64,000 nt of DNA from an uncultured Actinomycetes bacterium. Lineage in GTDB: Bacteria; Actinomycetota; UBA4738; HRBIN12. Location of the stretch: NCBI GenBank assembly GCA_963832225.1, contig CAWHTI010000001.1, positions 197,033-261,032 of the forward strand, given 5' to 3'. Position 1 is the stretch's first letter. The number at the start of each line of letters is the position of its first letter. This document shows positions 58,101 to 64,000 of the stretch, one piece after another. A program made the translations under genes and the position numbers. A model generated the notes under the pieces. It was given only the letters and a program-made list of their open reading frames with translations, did no database searches and was not told the origin of the DNA.

Positions 58101-58442
58101 CTCGATGCCCAGCCGGTCCAGGTGGCCGGCGTCGGCAAGCGCGATGCTCACGTTCAATCCGGTCTGGCCACCGAGCGTCGGCAACAGCACGTCGGGACGT
58201 TCGCGCTCCAGCACCGCCAGGACCGACTCCGGGGTGAGGGGCTCGATGTAGGTGCGGTCGGCGAACTCCGGGTCGGTCATGATCGTGGCCGGATTCGAGT
58301 TCACGAGGGACACCCGGAACCCTTCACGGCGGAGCACCTTGCACGCCTGCGTCCCCGAGTAGTCGAACTCGCACGCCTGCCCGATCACGATGGGCCCCGA
58401 TCCGATCACCATGATCGAGTGGATGTCCGTGCGTCTCGGCAT
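55146..58442 (-). CDS. carB: Carbamoyl-phosphate synthase large subunit
   Basis: [38 protein letters not shown].. continues intact for 1098 aa inside ORF 55146..59591. Confidence 0.97.
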   Translation of the reverse strand: MPRRTDIHSIMVIGSGPIVIGQACEFDYSGTQACKVLRREGFRVSLVNSNPATIMTDPEFADRTYIEPLTPESVLAVLERERPDVLLPTLGGQTGLNVSIALADAGHLDRLGIEMVGATPEAIHRAEDRSAFKQTMQEAGLEVPRAGIATTVADALGIGDELGYPLIVRPSFTLGGGGSGFAADRASLQALAARSLEISPVHEILVEESIAGWKEFELEVMRDGADNAVIVCSIENVDPMGVHTGDSITVAPAQTLTDVEYQRMRDAAIRCIRAIGVETGGSNVQFAVDPSDGRMVVIEMNPRVSRSSALASKATGFPIAKIAALLAVGYRLDEVVNDITGETPAAFEPTLDYVVVKIPRFAFEKFPEADPVLSSTMKSVGEVMAIGRTFKEALGKAWRGIEKSGFDLGAAGVPGGDLLARLAVPGERRLHLVEEALAAGHGVDAVAVASHIDPWFVDQIAEVVEQTSSLVGRTLSDLEAGELLEAKRLGLSDARIGAATGETEAGVRRRRDELGVGPVFKTVDTCGGEFPARTPYHYSTFEEEDEVTPAQRPRVVILGAGPNRIGQGIEFDYACVHAAFALEDAGFESVMVNSNPETVSTDYDTASRLYFEPLTAEDVLAVCRRERPVGVIVQFGGQTPLRLARILQEEGFTVLGTSPDAIDLAEDRGKFAQLLAELEILAPPHGEARTMAEARDIAARIGYPVVVRPSYVLGGRAMEIVYDPEELEMFVASAAAASPDHPVLIDRFLEGAIEVDVDAVCDGTEVVVGAVMEHIEEAGVHSGDSSCAIPPPTLSDEELDEVEEITRRLAHRLEVRGLLNLQLAVKDERVWVLEANPRASRTVPFVSKVIGTSLAKIATLVLAGRTIEDLRVEGLIPADPRHYRHLPYTSVKAAVLPFGRFEGVDTILGPEMKSTGEVMGIDADPGVALAKALVASGASVPTSGTVFVSVANRDKRAIVFPAKRLADLGFRLLATGGTAGVLQRAGIPVEPVTKVSEGGRTVVDRIREGRVDLVVNTPFGRGPRTDGYFIRTAAASAGVPCITTLPGVFAAVRGIEAVRGGPTEPRSIQEYHEQAAAAPVQARLGFDDAVAVGGGSQR

Positions 58443-59591
58443 CAGGCCGCGTCCTCGATCAACGAACGGAAGTCGTCGAAGAGGTACCGCGAGTCGTGCG
58501 GTCCGGGGGCCGCCTCCGGGTGGTACTGCACGCCGAACGCCGCGACGTCGAGGCAGCGGATCCCCTCGAGCGTGCCGTCGTTGAGGTTCCAGTGGGTGAG
58601 CTCCGCGCGGCCGCTGGCGGTCTCGACCCGGTTGCCCGTGCGCGGCCACGAGTCCGGATCGACGGCGAACCCGTGGTTGTGGCTCGTGATCTCCACGGCG
58701 CCCGTGCGCAGGTGGTGCACGGGCTGGTTCACGCCCCGGTGGCCGAACTTCATCTTGTAGGTCCGGCCGCCCAGCGCGTGCGCGAGCAGCTGGTGGCCCA
58801 GGCAGATCCCGAAGATCGGAACCGTGCCAAGGAGCTCGCGGGCGGCGCGCGATGCCGTAGGCGGTGACGGCCGGATCGCCGGGCCCGTTCGACAGGAAGA
58901 CGCCGTCGAACCCGCCCTCGCGCACCGTCGCGGCGGGCGTCGTGGCGGGGAGGACGGTGGCCTCGATGCCGGTGGCCGCCAGGCGCCGCAGGATGTTCGT
59001 CTTCATGCCGAAGTCGTAGGCGGCGACGCGGAGCACCCGCCCGGCGTCGGAGCGCGCCGGCCCCACGACGGAGGCCGCCTCGTAGGGCTCGGACGCGCTC
59101 GCGCGCGCCGCCAGATCCGCGCCCTCCATCCCGGGAGCCTGGCGGACACGACCGAGGAGCTGCCCGGGGTCGAGGTCCTCCGTGGACACGGCCGCCCGCA
59201 TCGCGCCCCGCTCGCGCAGGCGCCTCGTGAGCTTGCGGGTGTCGATGCCCTCGATCGCGACGATCCCCCCGGCCGCCAGCTCGGCATCGAGCGTCCGCTC
59301 CGAGCGCCAGCTGCTGGCGCGGCGCGAGGCCTCGCGCACGGCGAAGCCGGCCACCTGCACGCGCGCGGACTCCGGGTCGGCGTGGTTCATGCCGTAGTTG
59401 CCCTGGTGCGGCGAGGTCATCGTCACGATCTGCCCCGCGTACGACGGGTCCGTCAGGATCTCCTGGTAGCCCGCCATCCCGGTATTGAACACGGCCTCGC
59501 CGAACGTCTCCCCCGGGGCGCCGAACGACGTGCCGCGGAACACGGTCCCGTCCTCGAGCGCCAGGAGGGCGGCGGGTCCCCGCCGGGTCAC
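58442..59591 (-). CDS. carA: Carbamoyl-phosphate synthase small subunit, one apparent frameshift near 58845
   Basis: [54 protein letters not shown], then in another frame [56 protein letters not shown]. Confidence 0.9.
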
Positions 59592-60896
59592 CGGGTCGCC
59601 TTCGCGTCCATCACCGTCGGCTCGCCTCGCAGCACGGTCAGGCGCACCCGCCCGGTGAGCGTGCGTCCCATGAACGCGCTGTTGCGCGCCCGGGAGGCGA
59701 ACGGCGGCTCGACGACCCAGCGCTCGCCCGGATCGACCACCGCGAGGTTCGCCGGAGCCCCGGGCTCGATCGGGCCACCGTGACCGGTCGCGCCCAGGAT
59801 CCGCGCGGGCGACACCGTCATCGCGTCGAGCGCCCGCTCCAGCGACACGATCCCCGGCTCGACGAGCTCGGTCAGCACCGCCGCGAGCGCCGTCTCGAGC
59901 CCGATCGTGCCGGGCGGCGAGCGGTCGAACTCCGCCTCCTTCTCCTCTACGGCGTGGGGCGCGTGGTCGGTGGCGATCGCGTCGATCGTGCCGTCCGCGA
60001 CGCCGGCGCGCAGCGCGTCGCGATCCTCGGCGCCGCGGATCGGCGGGTGCACCTTGAGGTTCGTGTCGTAGCGAACGAGGTCGTCGTCGGTGAACGTCAG
60101 ATGGTGCGGCGTGACCTCCGCCGTCACGCGGACGCCGTCGGCCTTCGCCCGCCGGATCAGATCAACCGATCGCGCTGCCGACAGGTGGCAGACGTGCAGG
60201 CGGCCGCCGGTCATGCGAGCCAGCGCGAGGTCCCGCGCGACGACGATCTCCTCCGCCTCGGCCGGGCGTCCCGCGAGGCCGAGCGCCGAGGAGTGCACCC
60301 CCTCGTGCATCTGCCCGCCCTCGACCAGGGAGGGGTCCTCGCAGTGGTCGGCGATCACGATCTCCTGCTGGAAGGCCTTCGCGTAGGTGAGGGCGTTCCG
60401 CAGCATCCGGGCCGTAGGCACGCAGTTGCCGTCGTCGCTGAAGACGCGGACGCCGGCCTCGACCATCTCGCCGAGCTCCGCGAGGCACTCGCCCGCCAGC
60501 CCCTTCGTGATCGCGCCCACGGGGAACACGTCCGCCAGGCCGGCGGCCAGGGCCTTGGCGCGCACCTCGGCCACGACCGCCGCGTGGTCCGTGACCGGAT
60601 CGGTGTTGGCCATCGCCGAGACGGCCGTGTAGCCGCCGAGCGCCGCCGAGCGCGTCCCGCTCTCGATCGTCTCCTTGTGCTCGAAGCCCGGCTCCCGAAG
60701 ATGCGTGTGCAGATCCACCAGACCGGGAAGCAGGATCAGGCCCGAGCAGTCGATCTCGCGAGATCCGGCGACGGCCGACGTGGCGATCCGTCCCTCCGAG
60801 ATCGCCACGTCCCGGATCCCGTCGGTCCCCGACGCCGGGTCGACGACGCGAGGTCCGCGCAGCAGCAGCGGCTCGGGTATGGACTCGGCTTGGGGC

Positions 60897-60904
<8 letters not shown>
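59588..60904 (-). CDS. pyrC: Dihydroorotase
   Basis: [56 protein letters not shown]. As sequenced it is in frame with pyrB, giving the single 772-aa ORF 59588..61906. Confidence 0.9.
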
Positions 60905-62529
<1,625 letters not shown>

Positions 62530-62545
62530 AAGTGCTACCGGGCGA

Positions 62546-62574
62546 AGGATACCGGTGCCCCGCGGGACCTACAA
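62546..62574 (-). promoter_or_regulatory. Candidate pyr operon promoter: TTGTAG, 17-nt spacer, TATCCT
   Basis: Minus-strand TTGTAG at 62574-62569 and TATCCT at 62551-62546, about 15 nt upstream of the PyrR-binding element. Confidence 0.4.
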
Positions 62575-62688
62575 CGAGCCTGCCGGCCCTCGGGCATCGC
62601 AGGCACGCCAGGACCCCCAGCAGGTGCCGCCGCTCCGGGCGTCCGGGGCGTACACTTGGAGCATCCGAACGGAAGGTGGACGCTCCCC

Positions 62689-62886
62689 ATGAACGAATGG
62701 ATCATCGTGGCGATCGTGGCCATCGTGGTGATCTTCGGAGCCACGAAGCTCCCCGAGATCGCGCGCAACCTGGGTCGCTCATCCAGCGAGTTCAAGAAGG
62801 GCCTCAAGGATGGGGCGTCGGACCTCGAGACGGCGCATCCCACGTCTCCCGAGCCGTCGAGCACGGACCCGAAGCCCACGGACTAG
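62689..62886 (+). CDS. tatA: Twin-arginine translocase TatA/E family protein
   Basis: MNEWIIVAIVAIVVIFGATKLPEIARNLGRSSSEFKKGLKDG.., with GGAAGGTGGA upstream. Internal ATG of ORF 62029..62886. Confidence 0.85.
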   Translation: MNEWIIVAIVAIVVIFGATKLPEIARNLGRSSSEFKKGLKDGASDLETAHPTSPEPSSTDPKPTD

Positions 62887-62893
62887 GTTCCGC

Positions 62894-63335
62894 CTAGTTC
62901 TTGGCCCCACCACCGCGCTGCCGCTCGGCGGACTCGTTCGTATCCAGTCCACGCGCGATCGACCCCAGGATCCCGTTGACGAAGCCTCGCGACTCGCTCC
63001 GCCGAGAGCTCGCCGGCCGCCTCCACCGCCTCGCTGATCGCCGCCGAGTGGGGCACGTCGGGCCGGTGGAGGAGCTCGTAGATCGCCACCCGCAGGATCG
63101 TGCGGTCCAGGGCCGCCATGCGTTCCACGGTCCACTCCTGCGCGTGCTCCTCGAGGATCGCGTCGACCTCCACCAGCGCCGCCGCGGTCCCCTCCACGAG
63201 CTCCCGGGCGAACGTCGGGACGCGGCGGTCGGCGTCGACCCAGCCGCCGAGCGCGTCGAGCGGGTCCGTGCCCGTCACGTCCGCCTGGTACAGGATGTCG
63301 ATCGCGATGCGTCGGGCCTCCCGGCGCGAGCCCAC
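62894..63335 (-). CDS. nusB: Transcription antitermination factor NusB, one apparent frameshift near 62998
   Basis: SRREARRIAIDILYQADV..ERMAALDRTILRVAIYELL..ISEAVEAAGELS is in ORF 62883..63335. The conserved tail ESRGFVNGILGSIARGL.. is in another frame and ends at TAG 62894. Confidence 0.88.
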
Positions 63336-63340
63336 CGCCG

Positions 63341-63904
63341 CTACTTCACACGCTCGATGTAGGCGCCGGAGCGGGTGTCGACCTTGATCTTCTCCCCCTC
63401 CTCCACGAACAGCGGCACCTGCACGACGATCCCCGTCTCCAGCGTGGCCGGCTTGAGCCCGCCGGTGCGGGTGTCGCCCTTCACGCCCGGGTCGGTCTTC
63501 GTCACCGTCAGCGGCATCGAGGCCGCGAGCTCGACGCCGATCGGCACGCCGTCGTGGGTGGCCACCTGCGCCGAGCCACCCTCCACCAGGTAGCCGGCGG
63601 CGTCGCCGATCACCGACCCCGGCACGTGCAGCTGCTCGTAGCTCTGCAGGTCCATGAACACGTAGTCGCCGCCGTCGCCGTAGAGGTACTGCATGTCCTT
63701 GCGCTCCACGATGGCCAGACCGACCTTCACGCCCGCGTTGAACGTGCGCTCCAGGACCGCGCCGGTCTTGAGGTTCCGCAGCTTGCTCCGGACGAACGCG
63801 CCCCCCTTGCCGGGCTTCACGTGCTGGAACTCCACGATCTGGAACAGCGTGCCGTCCAGCTCCAGCGTCATGCCGTTCTTGAACTCGTTGGTGCTCACAC
63901 TCAC
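63341..63904 (-). CDS. efp: Elongation factor P
   Basis: STNEFKNGMTLELDGTLFQIVEFQHVKPGKGGAFVRSKLRNLKTGAV.. Intact. GTG start at 63904 or 63898. Confidence 0.97.
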   Translation of the reverse strand: MSVSTNEFKNGMTLELDGTLFQIVEFQHVKPGKGGAFVRSKLRNLKTGAVLERTFNAGVKVGLAIVERKDMQYLYGDGGDYVFMDLQSYEQLHVPGSVIGDAAGYLVEGGSAQVATHDGVPIGVELAASMPLTVTKTDPGVKGDTRTGGLKPATLETGIVVQVPLFVEEGEKIKVDTRSGAYIERVK

Positions 63905-63916
63905 GTCGCCACTCCG

Positions 63917-64000
63917 TTACAGCTCGATCAGGTCCTTGGTGGACGCCGGCATGACGCGGCCACCGTCGGCGCGGACCTCGACCATGTCCTCGATCCGCAC
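63917..64000 (-). CDS. pepP: Xaa-Pro aminopeptidase (M24 family), C-terminal 27 codons only
   Basis: The reverse complement translates as VRIEDMVEVRADGGRVMPASTKDLIEL-stop (TAA at 63917-63919). Its position upstream of efp is typical. Confidence 0.6.
   Translation of the reverse strand: MRIEDMVEVRADGGRVMPASTKDLIEL

Noticed and set aside
55227-58760. Long plus-strand ORFs (55227..58760, 9120..12689, 43392..46352, 59780..62230, 31733..34759 and others)
   Set aside because: All are antisense to strongly conserved minus-strand genes (carB, recN, rsmB/fmt, pyrC/pyrB, pheT). Their translations are low-complexity Arg/Gly/Pro/Asp-rich with no recognisable motifs. These are typical high-GC shadow ORFs.

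Overview
Very GC-rich (roughly 70% by eye) chromosomal core region with actinobacterial-type synteny. Almost everything is on the minus strand, and many neighbouring genes are joined by 4-nt ATGA/GTGA stop-start overlaps.

Gene order from the high-coordinate end:
- pepP', efp, nusB, and tatA on the plus strand
- pyr operon with a PyrR-binding leader: pyrR-pyrB-pyrC-carA-carB-pyrK-pyrD-pyrF
- mihF-gmk-rpoZ-coaBC-metK-priA-def-fmt-rsmB-rpe
- a REC-GGDEF response regulator
- FMN riboswitch with ribD-ribE-ribBA-ribH and a cupin gene
- infC-rpmI-rplT, a TrmH-like gene, pheS-pheT, argF, polX, mpg
- a class A PBP (plus strand) and tyrS
- one 16S-23S-5S rRNA operon
- TPR, MBL-fold, SSB-like, DUF1684 and DUF1015 genes, TPR, HAD, a phasin-like gene
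- tlyA-nadK-recN, steA, an MctB/SteB-like gene, GT2, GT4, pyrG, nudix, ald, xerD, deoB, deoA, and the start of an M50-like gene

I see no mobile element, CRISPR array, prophage or recognisable defence system, and I cannot point to a clearly new multi-gene system.

The dominant sequence-level oddity is about 40 single-nucleotide frame changes inside otherwise well-conserved genes. They are very unevenly spread: about 19 fall in the 3.5 kb riboflavin operon, while two stretches of 9 kb and 16 kb have none. Most sit in short G/C runs, so sequencing or assembly error is the default explanation. The rib cluster deserves a check.

Best leads:
- An uninterrupted ORF fusing a SpoU/TrmH methyltransferase to a sensor-less, degenerate histidine-kinase core.
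- A small family of tandem hairpin repeats at two loci, with a conserved loop and a compensating stem difference.
- Three conserved N-termini that can only start at an SD-preceded CTG.
- A pyr leader in which the PyrR site overlaps the SD of a 17-codon uORF that is translationally coupled to pyrR.

The very long ORFs in the six-frame track are high-GC artefacts or frame chimeras.
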